Positions 8,237 to 19,185 of a stretch of 53,564 nucleotides of DNA are shown one piece after another. The stretch comes from an uncultured Patescibacteria group bacterium (lineage in GTDB: Bacteria; Patescibacteriota; Patescibacteriia; Veblenbacterales; UBA10138). The stretch's first letter is position 1. Each line of letters starts with the position of its first letter. A model generated the notes under the pieces. The model was not told where the DNA came from, ran no database searches, and worked only from the letters and a program-made list of their open reading frames with translations. The stretch lies in contig CALFUV010000007.1 of assembly GCA_937929825.1 (NCBI GenBank), positions 1 to 53,564 of the forward strand, given 5' to 3'. A program made the position numbers and the translations under genes.

Positions 8237-9643
8237 TTAAAACTCACTACCTGTCATCAAACCAAATTGGGAAATTAATTTATCTCCTACCTGCCAAACA
8301 TTACCAGCCCCCATGGTAATCACTAAATCACTGCGATTAGCGGTTTTGGCTAAATAATCAACCGCTTCAGTAATAGTTGGCTTGTAAATAGTTTTGGTAT
8401 GATACTTTATCACCTCGTCTACTAACTTAGCTGATGTTATTTCACCTGTTTTTTCACGGGCTGAAGAATAGGTATCAATAATTATCACCTCATCAGCTTC
8501 CCCAAAACATTGACCAAAATCACTTAATAAAGCTTGAGTACGGCTAAAAGTATGTGGCTGAAACACGACTCTAATATTTTTATAAGGATAAAAAGCCCGT
8601 GCGGCCTTCAGTGTGGCTTTAATTTCTGCCGGGTGATGACCATAATCATCAATCAAAGTTACACCATTAATTAATCTACCCTTCATTTCAAAACGCCTTG
8701 CTGTACCTTCAAAAGAAGCTAAACTTGTTCTAATTACTTCCAAATCAACTCCTAAACGTCTAGCTACAGCAATTACAGCCAAAGCATTAGCTACATTATG
8801 AGAACCTATTAACTTAAGCCAAAACTCACCTAAATACTCCTCCCTTTCCATAACAGAAAAATGCCACCTGCCCTCATCTAACCACATTCTGACCATTTGA
8901 AAATGACCATTAGTTAAACCATAACTGATGATTTGTTCGGGTTGTAAACCAGCCTCAGCAACTGCTTTTTTAACATTGTCTGTATCATAACAAGCCACCA
9001 CAAATCCAGTTGGGGGTATTTTTTTCAAAAAATCTACAAAGGTGGCAAAATAATTTTCAGGCGTAGGAAAAAAATCAGGGTGATCCCATTCTATACTGGT
9101 TAAAACCGCTATCTGGGGCGTAAAATATTTAAATTTATTTTGATATTCATCAGCTTCAAACACAAACAACTCGCCACTACCTAATAAAGCGTTGCCACTA
9201 AACTGCGGAACTGCTGAACCAATAACAGCCGAGGGGGATAAATTAGCATCTTTTAAAACATGAGCCAGCAGGGCCGAAATGGTAGTTTTACCATGAGAAC
9301 CACAAACTGCAATAGATTTATATTGACGAGTTAATTCTCCTAAGGCTTGAGCATAATCAAGTACAGGAATCTTTTTAGCTAAGGCCGCTTTTACTTCCAA
9401 ATGATCATTACCGTAAGCACTAGAGCGAATAACTAAATCAATAGGCTGTTCCAAATGTTGGGCATTAAACTCTTCCCAAAAATTAATACCTGATTGGTTT
9501 AAAACCTGATCTGTAAAAAATTTCTCATCTGTATCGCTACCACACACCTCCCAACCACGGCTTTTTAAAAGTTGAGCCAGGGCAGTCATGCCCACACCTT
9601 TGATGCCAATAAAATATATTTTTTTAGCCTGCTCTAAATTCAT
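8237..9643 (-). CDS. murC: UDP-N-acetylmuramate--L-alanine ligase
   Basis: IGIKGVGMTALA, GSHGKTT, EADEY, DHPD, DDYGHHP, FQPHTFSRT, MGAGN. Confidence 0.97.
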   Translation of the reverse strand: MNLEQAKKIYFIGIKGVGMTALAQLLKSRGWEVCGSDTDEKFFTDQVLNQSGINFWEEFNAQHLEQPIDLVIRSSAYGNDHLEVKAALAKKIPVLDYAQALGELTRQYKSIAVCGSHGKTTISALLAHVLKDANLSPSAVIGSAVPQFSGNALLGSGELFVFEADEYQNKFKYFTPQIAVLTSIEWDHPDFFPTPENYFATFVDFLKKIPPTGFVVACYDTDNVKKAVAEAGLQPEQIISYGLTNGHFQMVRMWLDEGRWHFSVMEREEYLGEFWLKLIGSHNVANALAVIAVARRLGVDLEVIRTSLASFEGTARRFEMKGRLINGVTLIDDYGHHPAEIKATLKAARAFYPYKNIRVVFQPHTFSRTQALLSDFGQCFGEADEVIIIDTYSSAREKTGEITSAKLVDEVIKYHTKTIYKPTITEAVDYLAKTANRSDLVITMGAGNVWQVGDKLISQFGLMTGSEF

Positions 9644-9648
9644 AATTA

Positions 9649-10713
9649 TTATTTAATCTTATTTAGTTCCTCAAACACTAAGCTTGCTATTTTACCTGCC
9701 GCCCCTGTAGGTATTATTTTTTTAATATTCTGACTCAAATTATTCAATAAACTTTTATTATTTAGCAACTCGCTTACGTTAGCAATTAATATTTCTGACG
9801 TCAATCCTTGAGCCAATAAAAATTTAACAGCTTTTTGCTCGGCAAAATAAATAGCGTTTTTTTCCTGATGACTATTGGGTAAAGGAATGACTAAAGCGGG
9901 TTTACCTAAAACCGATAATTCTGACAAAGTTCCCATACCAGCTCTGGTAATTACCAAATCAGCGGCTGATAAAAAAAGTTGACTGTTTGTAGTGAATGCT
10001 AATGGTATATAACCTTCACTTGGTTCTGTTTTTATTTTACCACCAGTCAAATGAATTATTTGCGCCAGTTCTAAAAGTTTTTCTTTAGACTGTATTATTA
10101 GTTCATTTAATTGTTGGGCACCAGTACTACCGCCAATAATAAGTACCACTGGTTTAAGGGGGTTAAGATTTAATTTTTTCTTAGCCATTTCCGGAGTCAA
10201 ATGGTTCTCAAATTCTTGTCTAACTGGATTGCCCGTTAAAATTGTTTTAGCGGCTGGAAAATCTTCCACTGAAACTGGTAAAGAAACGGTGATCTTCTTA
10301 GCAATGGGGATTATTAAACGATTAGCTAAGCTGGGCACCACATCCTGTTGATGAAGAAAAACCGGCACACCATAAAAATAAGCTGCCCAAGCCACCGGTA
10401 CAGCCACATAAGAACCAGCTGTTAAAACTGCTTGCGGTTTATTATGACCTAATCGCCATATAGCTTGTAACCACCCACCAAATATCCAAACAATGTCTAT
10501 TAAGTTTTGCCAGCTCCAATAACGCCGAAATTTACCGGCCATAATTGGTTTATAAACCAAACCATAATCTTCTATTATTTTTTTTTCTGGGCCATGTTCA
10601 GTACCCCACCACTCAAATTGAATTTCTTTTTCTTTAACTTGTATTTCCTTAACCACTGCCAGTAATGGTGTTACTGATCCTAAAGTCCCGCCGCCAACAC
10701 AAATGATCTTCAT
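9649..10713 (-). CDS. murG: Undecaprenyl-PP-MurNAc-pentapeptide GlcNAc transferase
   Basis: GGGTLGSV, TGNPVR, GGSTGA, TRAGMGTLSEL, HQEKNA. Confidence 0.96.
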   Translation of the reverse strand: MKIICVGGGTLGSVTPLLAVVKEIQVKEKEIQFEWWGTEHGPEKKIIEDYGLVYKPIMAGKFRRYWSWQNLIDIVWIFGGWLQAIWRLGHNKPQAVLTAGSYVAVPVAWAAYFYGVPVFLHQQDVVPSLANRLIIPIAKKITVSLPVSVEDFPAAKTILTGNPVRQEFENHLTPEMAKKKLNLNPLKPVVLIIGGSTGAQQLNELIIQSKEKLLELAQIIHLTGGKIKTEPSEGYIPLAFTTNSQLFLSAADLVITRAGMGTLSELSVLGKPALVIPLPNSHQEKNAIYFAEQKAVKFLLAQGLTSEILIANVSELLNNKSLLNNLSQNIKKIIPTGAAGKIASLVFEELNKIK

Positions 10714-10718
10714 AAATT

Positions 10719-11858
10719 TTAAGATGTTTTAACTTGCCTAGACATGCTAATTAAAATTCCAGTAGCTGCTAAAACTGTTGTTAGAGCACTTCCACCAGCA
10801 GAAACAAAGGGTAGAGGCACGCCAGTTAAGGGTATAATTACCAGCATAGAAGCAATATTAATACACATTTGCCAACCCAACCAACCAATAATACCTGCTC
10901 CTAAAATTTTACCAAACATATCAGGGACCTGACGAATGATTTGAAAAGCCCTGGCAAACCAAGCAGCAATGATTAATAAAAAAATAGCCGTAAACACAAA
11001 ACCAATTTCCTCGGCAATAATGGCAAAAATAGAATCTCCTGTTATTTCCGGTAAATACAAATGTTTTTGTCGGGAGTAACCTAATCCTAAACCAAACCAA
11101 CCTCCAGAACCAATCGCCAATAAAGCCTGATTTATATGATAACCAATTCCTTGTGGGTCAAGTTCAGGGTGTAAAAAAACTGTTAAACGTGCGGCGCGAT
11201 AGGGAGCAATTTTAACAAGTAGCCATAATACAGACGCACCTAAAAAAGCCAAACCTGAAATATGAATAAAACGCGCTCCAGCCACAAAAAAAGATACCAC
11301 CGAACTTACAATAATCACGGTGGTTGTGCCAACATCTGGCTGTATAACAATTAAACTGGCAATAATGGCCAAAGTAATGGTAAAAGGAATTAAACCAGCT
11401 CTAAAACTTCTTACACCACTTATACCCTTATTTTCCAACCAAGCGGCCAAATAAATCAAGAAAAGTAATTTAACAAATTCACTGGGTTGGATAACAAATG
11501 GGCCAAAATCCAACCAGCGTTTAGCACCCCCAGAACTAACACCTAAATGGGGTAAAAAAACCGCTACTAAAGATAAAATACAAAAAAATAAAGCTGGTAA
11601 GGCTAATTTTTTAAGTTTCTGATAGGGCCAAATACTAAATACAAACATCACTACTAAGCCCGGCAATACACCAAACAAAGTTTGGTGCTTAACAAAATAA
11701 TAACTATCACCAAACTTTTGAAAACCAACTACCGATGAGGCTGAAGAAAGAAATAACAAACCTAACAATACCAAAACAAATGTCAAAACTACAAAAGCAT
11801 AATCGGGTTTAGCGGTACGATAATTATTAGGCGAAGTTAATCTTTTAAATACTCCCAT
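10719..11858 (-). CDS. ftsW: SEDS peptidoglycan polymerase FtsW
   Basis: GAKRWL, QPSEFVK, QPDVGT, DSIFAIIAEEIG, PLTGVPLPFVSAGGS; position between murD and murG. Confidence 0.95.
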   Translation of the reverse strand: MGVFKRLTSPNNYRTAKPDYAFVVLTFVLVLLGLLFLSSASSVVGFQKFGDSYYFVKHQTLFGVLPGLVVMFVFSIWPYQKLKKLALPALFFCILSLVAVFLPHLGVSSGGAKRWLDFGPFVIQPSEFVKLLFLIYLAAWLENKGISGVRSFRAGLIPFTITLAIIASLIVIQPDVGTTTVIIVSSVVSFFVAGARFIHISGLAFLGASVLWLLVKIAPYRAARLTVFLHPELDPQGIGYHINQALLAIGSGGWFGLGLGYSRQKHLYLPEITGDSIFAIIAEEIGFVFTAIFLLIIAAWFARAFQIIRQVPDMFGKILGAGIIGWLGWQMCINIASMLVIIPLTGVPLPFVSAGGSALTTVLAATGILISMSRQVKTS

Positions 11859-11861
11859 CTT

Positions 11862-13253
11862 TTAATTCAAAGCTAATACTGCTTTTTTAAAAGCTTCACC
11901 TCTATCAAACTCGTGTTTAAAAAGACCAAAACTGGCAGAGCCTGGTGATAATAATACAACATCGCCTGCTGCTGCTACTTTTTTAGCCCAATTTACAGCC
12001 TGTGTCATAGTGGTTGCAAGTATTATTTTTTTATAACCAATCAACTCCTTTTGCAGCTTAACTGTAGCTGTGCCGGGCAATAAAATTAACACTTTGACTC
12101 TTTTTTTAATATGTTTAGCCAAATCTCTATAAGACAATTTTTTATCTGTACCCCCGGCTATTAATATTATTTTATGTTTCTTAAAAGTATTCAGTGCGGC
12201 CTTAGTGGCGTCAGGTGAAGTAGAAGTAGTGTCATTATAGTAAAATACTTTATTTATAGTTTTAATATACTCAAGTCTATCATGTAATCCCTTAAACTCT
12301 TTAACTGCTGTTTTAATTTTATCTGCTGTGACACCCAATAATCTTGCCGTAACAACAGCTGCTAATACATTTGACAAATTATGTTTGCCGGGTAAGGATA
12401 TATCGCTAATTCTAAATAAAATTTCATTTATTTTACCTGCTGTAAAATAAACTTTTTTATCCTTTATATAGCATCCTTGACTGACTTGTTTTTTTACAGA
12501 AAACCAATAAACTTTGGCTTTGGCTTGCTTTACCATTTTTCGAGTATTAAGATTATCCCAATTTAAAATCAAGCTATCATCTGCCTCCTGGCCAGTAAAT
12601 ATCATGGTTTTAGCCTGAATATAATCAGTAAAACTTTTATATCTATCCAAATGATCTGGTAAAACATTGGTAATAACTGCATAAGGAATTTTAAGTTTAT
12701 GCACACCAACCACTTCTAATTGCCAGCTGGATAATTCCAAGACAACAAAAGAATCATTTTTCAAACTATCTAACACATCAAATAACAAATTATCGCGAAT
12801 ATTACCAGCCACCACAGTTTTTGGATTTATTTTTTTTAACACAGCACCCAACAAAGAAACTGTAGTCGATTTTCCTCTGGTACCAGTCACTGCTGCTATA
12901 TTTTTTGTAGGACAAAGTTTTAAAAAAAGACTAGCTTCGTTTTCAATCAAAATTCCCTCTTTTCTAGCAACTTTCAATAAATCATGATCTGTCGGCACAC
13001 CCGGATTTTGAATTATCATATCACAATCTTTAAGCAAGCTTAAAGGATGCCTGCCTAAAACTAATTTTATTGATCGACTTTTTAATTTAGCTAAACTCAC
13101 AGCTAATTCCTGTTCTGTTTTAATATCTGTGACAGTAACCTTAGCGCCATGCTTAATTAGCCAGTTGGTAACTGCCACACCACCACCATGCAAACCTAAA
13201 CCAAAAACCAAAACCCTAAGACCTATAAAATCTGAATATTTCATAAAAATCAA
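11862..13253 (-). CDS. murD: UDP-MurNAc-L-Ala--D-glutamate ligase
   Basis: VTGTRGKSTT, ELSSWQL, DHLDRY, YNDTTST, LLSPGSASF..F..EFDRG. Confidence 0.96.
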   Translation of the reverse strand: MIFMKYSDFIGLRVLVFGLGLHGGGVAVTNWLIKHGAKVTVTDIKTEQELAVSLAKLKSRSIKLVLGRHPLSLLKDCDMIIQNPGVPTDHDLLKVARKEGILIENEASLFLKLCPTKNIAAVTGTRGKSTTVSLLGAVLKKINPKTVVAGNIRDNLLFDVLDSLKNDSFVVLELSSWQLEVVGVHKLKIPYAVITNVLPDHLDRYKSFTDYIQAKTMIFTGQEADDSLILNWDNLNTRKMVKQAKAKVYWFSVKKQVSQGCYIKDKKVYFTAGKINEILFRISDISLPGKHNLSNVLAAVVTARLLGVTADKIKTAVKEFKGLHDRLEYIKTINKVFYYNDTTSTSPDATKAALNTFKKHKIILIAGGTDKKLSYRDLAKHIKKRVKVLILLPGTATVKLQKELIGYKKIILATTMTQAVNWAKKVAAAGDVVLLSPGSASFGLFKHEFDRGEAFKKAVLALN

Positions 13254-14281
13254 ATTCCCTTATCAACTAAAGCTAAAATTAAACCGATAACAGCGGTAAC
13301 TGCAGAGATTACCCAAAACCTCATTACTATTTTAGGCTCAGGCCAACCAATAGCTTCTAAATGATGGTGTAATGGTGCTGACAAGAAAACTTTCTTACCT
13401 CTAATTTTTTTAGAAAGCACTTGTATAATAACTGACAAAGATTCCAAAACAAACAACAAACCAATGATTGGCAATAATAAAACACTATTAGTTAACATAG
13501 CAACAATGCCCAGCGTCACACCTAAAGACATAGCTCCGGTATCACCCATGAAAAATCTGGCCGGATTTATATTAAACCACAAAAAAGCCAACAAAGCTCC
13601 TACAATAACACCACAAAAAGTGGCTAAATCATATTTACCTTGTAAAAAAGCAATTGCCCCAAAGGCGGCAAAAGATGTTAACAAAGTTCCGCCAGCTAAA
13701 CCATCAAGGCCGTCAATTAAATTAACTGAATGAGAAGTGGCCACGATTATAAAAATAAAAATAGGAATATACCACCAGCCAATATCAAATAGTCCCCAAA
13801 AAGGTACATGAATTGATGTCCAGCCTAATTTGTAATAAAACCACCAAGCACCAACCATGGCAATAGCAGTGTATATAAATAATTTATGTTTCATGGTTAA
13901 TCCTCCGCCATTAGGTCCGTAACGTTTAATATTAAACCAATCATCTACCAACCCCACCAAAGCCGAAGCGACTAAAGCGCCTAAGGGTAACAGTGTTTCA
14001 CTTCTGGTTAAAAAATTGAAATGTATAATATTTAACTTATCTAAATAAAAAAAAGTTAAGGCTACAACTAGAGTGGTAAACCAAACTAAAATACCGCCCA
14101 TAGTCGGCGTGCCGCTTTTGCCTGCGTGTAAAGAAGACATAATAGGCGCACTGACTGAATCACGAATTTGTTTGCCTAAATGATATTTATATAAAAAATA
14201 AGTAAGTCCAGGCGTAGCCAATAAAGCTAGTAAAAAAGATACTGTGGTAAGAATAAGTATTTGTAATACCGGTAGAATCAT
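13250..14281 (-). CDS. mraY: Phospho-N-acetylmuramoyl-pentapeptide transferase
   Basis: GTPTMGG, VDDW, NLIDGLDGL, FMGDTG, APLHHHLE. Confidence 0.98.
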   Translation of the reverse strand: MILPVLQILILTTVSFLLALLATPGLTYFLYKYHLGKQIRDSVSAPIMSSLHAGKSGTPTMGGILVWFTTLVVALTFFYLDKLNIIHFNFLTRSETLLPLGALVASALVGLVDDWFNIKRYGPNGGGLTMKHKLFIYTAIAMVGAWWFYYKLGWTSIHVPFWGLFDIGWWYIPIFIFIIVATSHSVNLIDGLDGLAGGTLLTSFAAFGAIAFLQGKYDLATFCGVIVGALLAFLWFNINPARFFMGDTGAMSLGVTLGIVAMLTNSVLLLPIIGLLFVLESLSVIIQVLSKKIRGKKVFLSAPLHHHLEAIGWPEPKIVMRFWVISAVTAVIGLILALVDKGI

Positions 14282-14290
14282 ATATAAAAT

Positions 14291-14665
14291 TTAAATATTA
14301 ATGCGTATTAATAACCAACACAACCATATGGCGGAGACCACTATAAATACAGCTGTCCATAACCAAAGATAAACAAGCGCTAAACTGGTACGACTAACAA
14401 AATATGCTAATACTAAATCTATAAGAACCATGATTGTGGCTATTGAAGGCATGATTATAAACCAAAAACCAGATACCAGCCAATTTGCCCCTACATAAAT
14501 AGAATAACGTAAAATAACAGTTTCTAAAGATAATAATTTAATTGATAAATACCATAAAAAAATAAGGGATAAAAATGCTAAAATAGCTGGCACTAAAACA
14601 GCTGGACGACGCCAAAATGCCCGCCAGTTTTCCCTCTGCCAAAATAAAAATGATCGCCAAATCAT
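14291..14665 (-). CDS. Hypothetical membrane protein heading the mraY operon (likely start ATG 14665)
   Basis: Three hydrophobic segments with an ILRYSIYVG loop. The upstream ORF extension to 14818 overlaps the divergent promoter region. Confidence 0.65.
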   Translation of the reverse strand: MIWRSFLFWQRENWRAFWRRPAVLVPAILAFLSLIFLWYLSIKLLSLETVILRYSIYVGANWLVSGFWFIIMPSIATIMVLIDLVLAYFVSRTSLALVYLWLWTAVFIVVSAIWLCWLLIRINI

Positions 14666-14731
14666 AGTAAATATACCTGTGGTTAGTTTAGTATTTAAAA
14701 CCTCATTTTGGCAATGCTTGTTTATTATCAG

Positions 14732-14760
14732 TTGCGATATATCATAAAGTTTAGTATAAT
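14732..14760 (+). promoter_or_regulatory. Sigma70-type promoter of the pilus operon
   Basis: TTGCGA (14732-37), 17 nt, TATAAT (14755-60). Confidence 0.65.
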
Positions 14761-14823
14761 AATTACATATTTCCCAATTAAATAAATGGAATACATTTAA
14801 ATAAATAAACAAAAACAATCAAT

Positions 14824-16551
14824 ATGTTGAGCCAGGATTACTTAACACAAGCCTTATTAGCCAACAAAACCTTAACTGCGTCTGAATTAAAAGAAATCAA
14901 GGAAAAAATTAAGGCTGACAATATTGGTTTGGAAGAATATTTGATAAAAAAACGTGTTGTTACTGAGGAAATTTTATATGAAATGGCGGCTAGGCATCTT
15001 CATATTCCCTATATTGATCTAAAAAACCAAACTATTAGAAAAGATATTCTTTTATCAATCCCGGAACCTATTGCTGAGGCTCATGGAGTTATTGCCTTTG
15101 ACCGTGATGAAACCGGAATTAAAATAGCTACTACCGACCCTGATGATTTACAAACTTTTGAATTTTTGGAAAGAAGCTTGCAAACAAAATTACAAATTTA
15201 TTTAACGTCACCCTCATCATTTCGTGAAGCTTTAAAACAATATCATCAAAGCTTGCGTGCTGAATTTGCCAAACTGACTGGCGTTGAAGAAAAAAAAGAT
15301 GATATTAAAGAAGGAAATTTACAGGAATTAGCTGAAGACTTACCTGTAGTAAGGATAGTAGACACTTTGCTCGAATACGCTATTTTCGAGCGTGCTTCTG
15401 ATATTCATATTGAACCAACTGAAACACAAGTATTGGTACGTTATCGGGTGGATGGTATTTTAAAAGATGTTATGACTTTACCGAAAAATATTCAACCCGG
15501 TTTAACAGCTAGAATTAAAATTCTATCTAATCTTAAACTTGACGAACATCGTTTACCCCAAGACGGACGCTTTAAAATAAAAAATAAAGAATATGAGTTT
15601 AGTTTTCGTGTTTCTATCATACCTGTATTTGATGGTGAAAAAATAGTTATGAGGTTATTACAGGAATCAGGTCAAGTATTAACACTCGAACAACTAGGCT
15701 TGCAAAAAAAACCATTTGAAATATTGAAAAGAAATATTGAAAAGCCTCATGGTATGATTTTGGTCACCGGTCCTACCGGCTCAGGTAAAACTACTACCTT
15801 ATACTCAATTATGAATGTTCTAAACACAACTGATGTAAATATTTCCACTATTGAGGATCCTATAGAATACCGCATGCCTCGCATCAATCAAAGTCAAGTT
15901 AATCCACGTATTGGTTTTTCCTTTGCCAGCGGCCTTAGAGCTTTATTAAGACAAGACCCCGATATTATAATGGTTGGCGAAATTCGTGATCTAGAAACAG
16001 CTGAAATTGCTATACACGCCGCCATGACAGGGCATTTAGTACTATCCACTCTACATACTAATGACGCAGTTGGTACCCTGCCTCGTTTACTAGATATGGG
16101 CATTGCGCCTTTTTTGGTGGCTTCAACCACTAACTTAATAATTGCCCAAAGACTTGTCAGAAAAATATGTCAAAATTGTATCACCTCTTATCAATTATCT
16201 TCCAAAAATGTAGATGATCTTGCTAAACAACTTGATCTCCCGGCGCTACTTAAAACCTTTATAAAAGAGGGTGCTATAACAGAAAATCAAAACATGGAAA
16301 ATCTGCTGTTTTTTAGGGGAAAGGGATGTAAACAATGTAACCAAGAAGGTTACAAGGGTAGAATAGGTATTTATGAATTATTTGAGATTACACCAGCTGT
16401 GCAAGAACTAATTTTAAATAGAGCTACTTCTCCTCAATTAAAAAAAGCTGCCTTAGCACAAGGTATGTTAAGTTTACTTGAAGATGGCTTTTTGAAAGCT
16501 AAAAACGGCATCACTACTATTGAAGAAGTATTGAGGGTAACTAAAGATTAA
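14824..16551 (+). CDS. pilB: Type IV pilus extension ATPase (PilB/GspE family)
   Basis: ASDIHIEP, RLPQDGR, GPTGSGKTTT, TIEDPIE, LRQDPDIIMVGEIRD, TGHLVLSTLH, CxxC..CxxC. Confidence 0.96.
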   Translation: MLSQDYLTQALLANKTLTASELKEIKEKIKADNIGLEEYLIKKRVVTEEILYEMAARHLHIPYIDLKNQTIRKDILLSIPEPIAEAHGVIAFDRDETGIKIATTDPDDLQTFEFLERSLQTKLQIYLTSPSSFREALKQYHQSLRAEFAKLTGVEEKKDDIKEGNLQELAEDLPVVRIVDTLLEYAIFERASDIHIEPTETQVLVRYRVDGILKDVMTLPKNIQPGLTARIKILSNLKLDEHRLPQDGRFKIKNKEYEFSFRVSIIPVFDGEKIVMRLLQESGQVLTLEQLGLQKKPFEILKRNIEKPHGMILVTGPTGSGKTTTLYSIMNVLNTTDVNISTIEDPIEYRMPRINQSQVNPRIGFSFASGLRALLRQDPDIIMVGEIRDLETAEIAIHAAMTGHLVLSTLHTNDAVGTLPRLLDMGIAPFLVASTTNLIIAQRLVRKICQNCITSYQLSSKNVDDLAKQLDLPALLKTFIKEGAITENQNMENLLFFRGKGCKQCNQEGYKGRIGIYELFEITPAVQELILNRATSPQLKKAALAQGMLSLLEDGFLKAKNGITTIEEVLRVTKD

Positions 16552-16555
16552 TTTT

Positions 16556-17770
16556 ATGAAATACAAATACACAGCGCGTAACAAAAATGGAGAACTAGAA
16601 AATGGAGAATTAGAAATAAATTCAGAACATGAACTAGCTGAATATTTAAGAAACAAGGGATTGTTACTCACTAGTGCTGAAATTATTGGGCAAAAGAAAA
16701 AAAACAAGACTAAATTTAGTTGGCCTTTATTTAATCGTGTAAAAACAGTAGAAAAAGTTTTCTTTACCCAAAACCTGCAAGTGATGGTAAAAGCAGGTTT
16801 ATCTGTTTCTTTGGCTCTTAAAACTCTAGCCCAGCAAACTAATAATAAAAGTTTTCGGGATATTCTAATGGATCTTCACGCAAGAGTAGATAAGGGCAAT
16901 ACCTTGGCTGATTCTATGGCTAATTATCCCAAAGTATTTCCTGAAGTATTTATAAATATGATTAGAGCTGGTGAGAAAAGCGGTAAATTAGAAGAAGTCT
17001 TGCTTCAACTTACAACCCAACTAAGAAAAAGTCACGCCTTAATAGCAAAAGTAAGAGGTGCTCTTACTTACCCTGTTGTAGTTATTACAGCTATGATTGG
17101 CATAGGTATTGCTATGATGGTATTAGTCATACCAAAAATCACTGGTATATTTGAAGAGGTTAATGCTACTCTACCTCTGCCTACCAGAATACTAATGAGT
17201 ACAAGTGATTTTATGATAGCTCACGGACCTATACTTGCTGTAGCCTTTATTGTATTGGCAATAATATTCTGGCGAATAATTCATACTAAAAAAGGAAGTT
17301 TTATTTGGCATGGTTTTTTATTAAAAATGCCTATTATTGCTCCGATACTGCGCAAAATAAATTTAGCAAAATATGCTAGAACTTTTTCCTCATTAATTAA
17401 AACAGATATTCCTGTTGTCCAATCTTTCCAAATTACTGCCAGTACTTTAAGTAACTCTCATTATCGTCAAGTAGTAGAAGAGGCTGCGGAAAAAGTAAAA
17501 AAGGGTATACAAATAGCGGCTATTTTGGGTGAATATCCTAAACTTTTTCCTCCCTTGGTGGTACAAATGATTTCTGTAGGTGAAGAAACAGGTACTATAG
17601 ATACCATCTTAGATGAACTGGCAAATTTTTATGAAGAAGATGTAGATAGAACTATGTCTAATCTTACAACTATACTTGAACCAATTTTAATATTAATTTT
17701 GGGAGCGGGCGTGGGAGGCTTGGCTGTATCCATAATTTTACCTATATATTCACTTACCCAAAATATTTAA
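16556..17770 (+). CDS. pilC: Type IV pilus platform protein (PilC/GspF)
   Basis: GEKSGKL, ALTYP, GEETG, LEP; duplicated GspF domains. Confidence 0.95.
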   Translation: MKYKYTARNKNGELENGELEINSEHELAEYLRNKGLLLTSAEIIGQKKKNKTKFSWPLFNRVKTVEKVFFTQNLQVMVKAGLSVSLALKTLAQQTNNKSFRDILMDLHARVDKGNTLADSMANYPKVFPEVFINMIRAGEKSGKLEEVLLQLTTQLRKSHALIAKVRGALTYPVVVITAMIGIGIAMMVLVIPKITGIFEEVNATLPLPTRILMSTSDFMIAHGPILAVAFIVLAIIFWRIIHTKKGSFIWHGFLLKMPIIAPILRKINLAKYARTFSSLIKTDIPVVQSFQITASTLSNSHYRQVVEEAAEKVKKGIQIAAILGEYPKLFPPLVVQMISVGEETGTIDTILDELANFYEEDVDRTMSNLTTILEPILILILGAGVGGLAVSIILPIYSLTQNI

Positions 17771-17781
17771 ATTCAAAAGAT

Positions 17782-18231
17782 ATGTCTCGAGCCGGTTTTA
17801 CTGTTTTTGAATCATTAGTTGTGATTGCAATTATTAGCTTAATCATTATTTCTTCACTTCCGGCTATTCGTACATCTCAACAAAATTCATTACTTCAACG
17901 TGAAGCTCGCTCATTACTAAATGATTTAAGACTAGCCCAACAATTAAGTATTAGCAAACAATTTCCTCATCTGATAAAAATTATTAACACCGCTCCCCAT
18001 AAATATCAACTAATTTCCCGTTCAGAAAGTGATACAATAATAAAAGAACATATCCTAAATCCAAAAGTTAGTTGGCAGGATACTGGGGGATTTACAAATA
18101 ACGAAATAATTTTTAATAATATTGGCGCTATTCAAGGTAGCGAAACCGGCATTATTATACTCAAAAATATTGCCAATAATACAGCGTCTTTGGAAATTAA
18201 AACCTCAGGTTATGTTAAAATTTTTCAATAA
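17782..18231 (+). CDS. Minor pilin (FimU/GspH-like)
   Basis: Class III signal G|FTVFE plus hydrophobic helix; LRLAQQLS motif. Confidence 0.85.
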   Translation: MSRAGFTVFESLVVIAIISLIIISSLPAIRTSQQNSLLQREARSLLNDLRLAQQLSISKQFPHLIKIINTAPHKYQLISRSESDTIIKEHILNPKVSWQDTGGFTNNEIIFNNIGAIQGSETGIIILKNIANNTASLEIKTSGYVKIFQ

Positions 18232-18643
18232 TAAATCAAAAGGTTTTAGTGTAATTGAAGCATTAATAGCTACCAGTATATTAGCAGTGGGACTTATTGC
18301 TATCTTAAGCATTTTTCCTTTTGTCTTAAGAATAAATAAACAAGCTGAAATGACTAGTCTAGCTTCGGCTCTGGCCCGTGCAAAAATGGAACAACTAATA
18401 GTCCTGCCTTATGATCAGCTGACGCCCGGCAACTTTGAAATCAGGGCCCATGTAACTACAGACCCAAATAATCCTCTTTACATTTTTGAAAGATCTTCAA
18501 TCATTACTCTAGTAGACAACAACCTTTCTACTAGCCAAACGGATACTGGTCTTAAAAAAATTCAAGTTATTGTTTATTGGCCAAGAAGTGGCAGTAATGA
18601 TGACAGCTATATTACTTTAACTAGTTTAAAAGCCAGAAAATGA
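18212..18643 (+). CDS. Minor pilin (PilV-like), likely start ATG 18212
   Basis: KG|FSVIEALIA prepilin cleavage motif. Confidence 0.85.
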   Translation: MLKFFNNKSKGFSVIEALIATSILAVGLIAILSIFPFVLRINKQAEMTSLASALARAKMEQLIVLPYDQLTPGNFEIRAHVTTDPNNPLYIFERSSIITLVDNNLSTSQTDTGLKKIQVIVYWPRSGSNDDSYITLTSLKARK

Positions 18644-19185
18644 AATTTAGCCGTGGTTTTTCACTATTTGAAGTATTAATTGGTATTCTCATTACTTTAT
18701 TATTGTTATTAGCTACATATTCTGTATTCATTCTTTCACAAAAAACCGAGCGACCTATTGCTAATCGGGCAGAAATCACACAAAACCAACGCGCAATACT
18801 CGATCGCATGACACGCGAATTAAGACAAGCTACAGCTATTGTCACAACATTACCTGCTAATGAAATCAAATTTGAAGATGGTCATGATATAATTAATCAA
18901 AACCCTATCCAATACATAAGATACTATGTTACCAATAATAACCTTTGGCGAGAAGTTTCATATTATTATTTTCCTACCGATCCCTCCACTCATGTCCGCT
19001 ATAATGAATTAGATGAAAATGGTTTACCTCCTCAAATTCAATTGATTGAAACCAAACTTATAGGCGAGTACATAAACTCGCTAACATTCACCGGCGGTGC
19101 TATAATTACTATAAGCCTACAATTTACAAAAAATGATCAAAACTTAATTATTATTACCGATGTTTCTCCACGCAACATCAACTAA
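18640..19185 (+). CDS. Minor pilin (PilW-like)
   Basis: RG|FSLFEVLI; DRMTRELRQA helix. Confidence 0.85.
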   Translation: MKFSRGFSLFEVLIGILITLLLLLATYSVFILSQKTERPIANRAEITQNQRAILDRMTRELRQATAIVTTLPANEIKFEDGHDIINQNPIQYIRYYVTNNNLWREVSYYYFPTDPSTHVRYNELDENGLPPQIQLIETKLIGEYINSLTFTGGAIITISLQFTKNDQNLIIITDVSPRNIN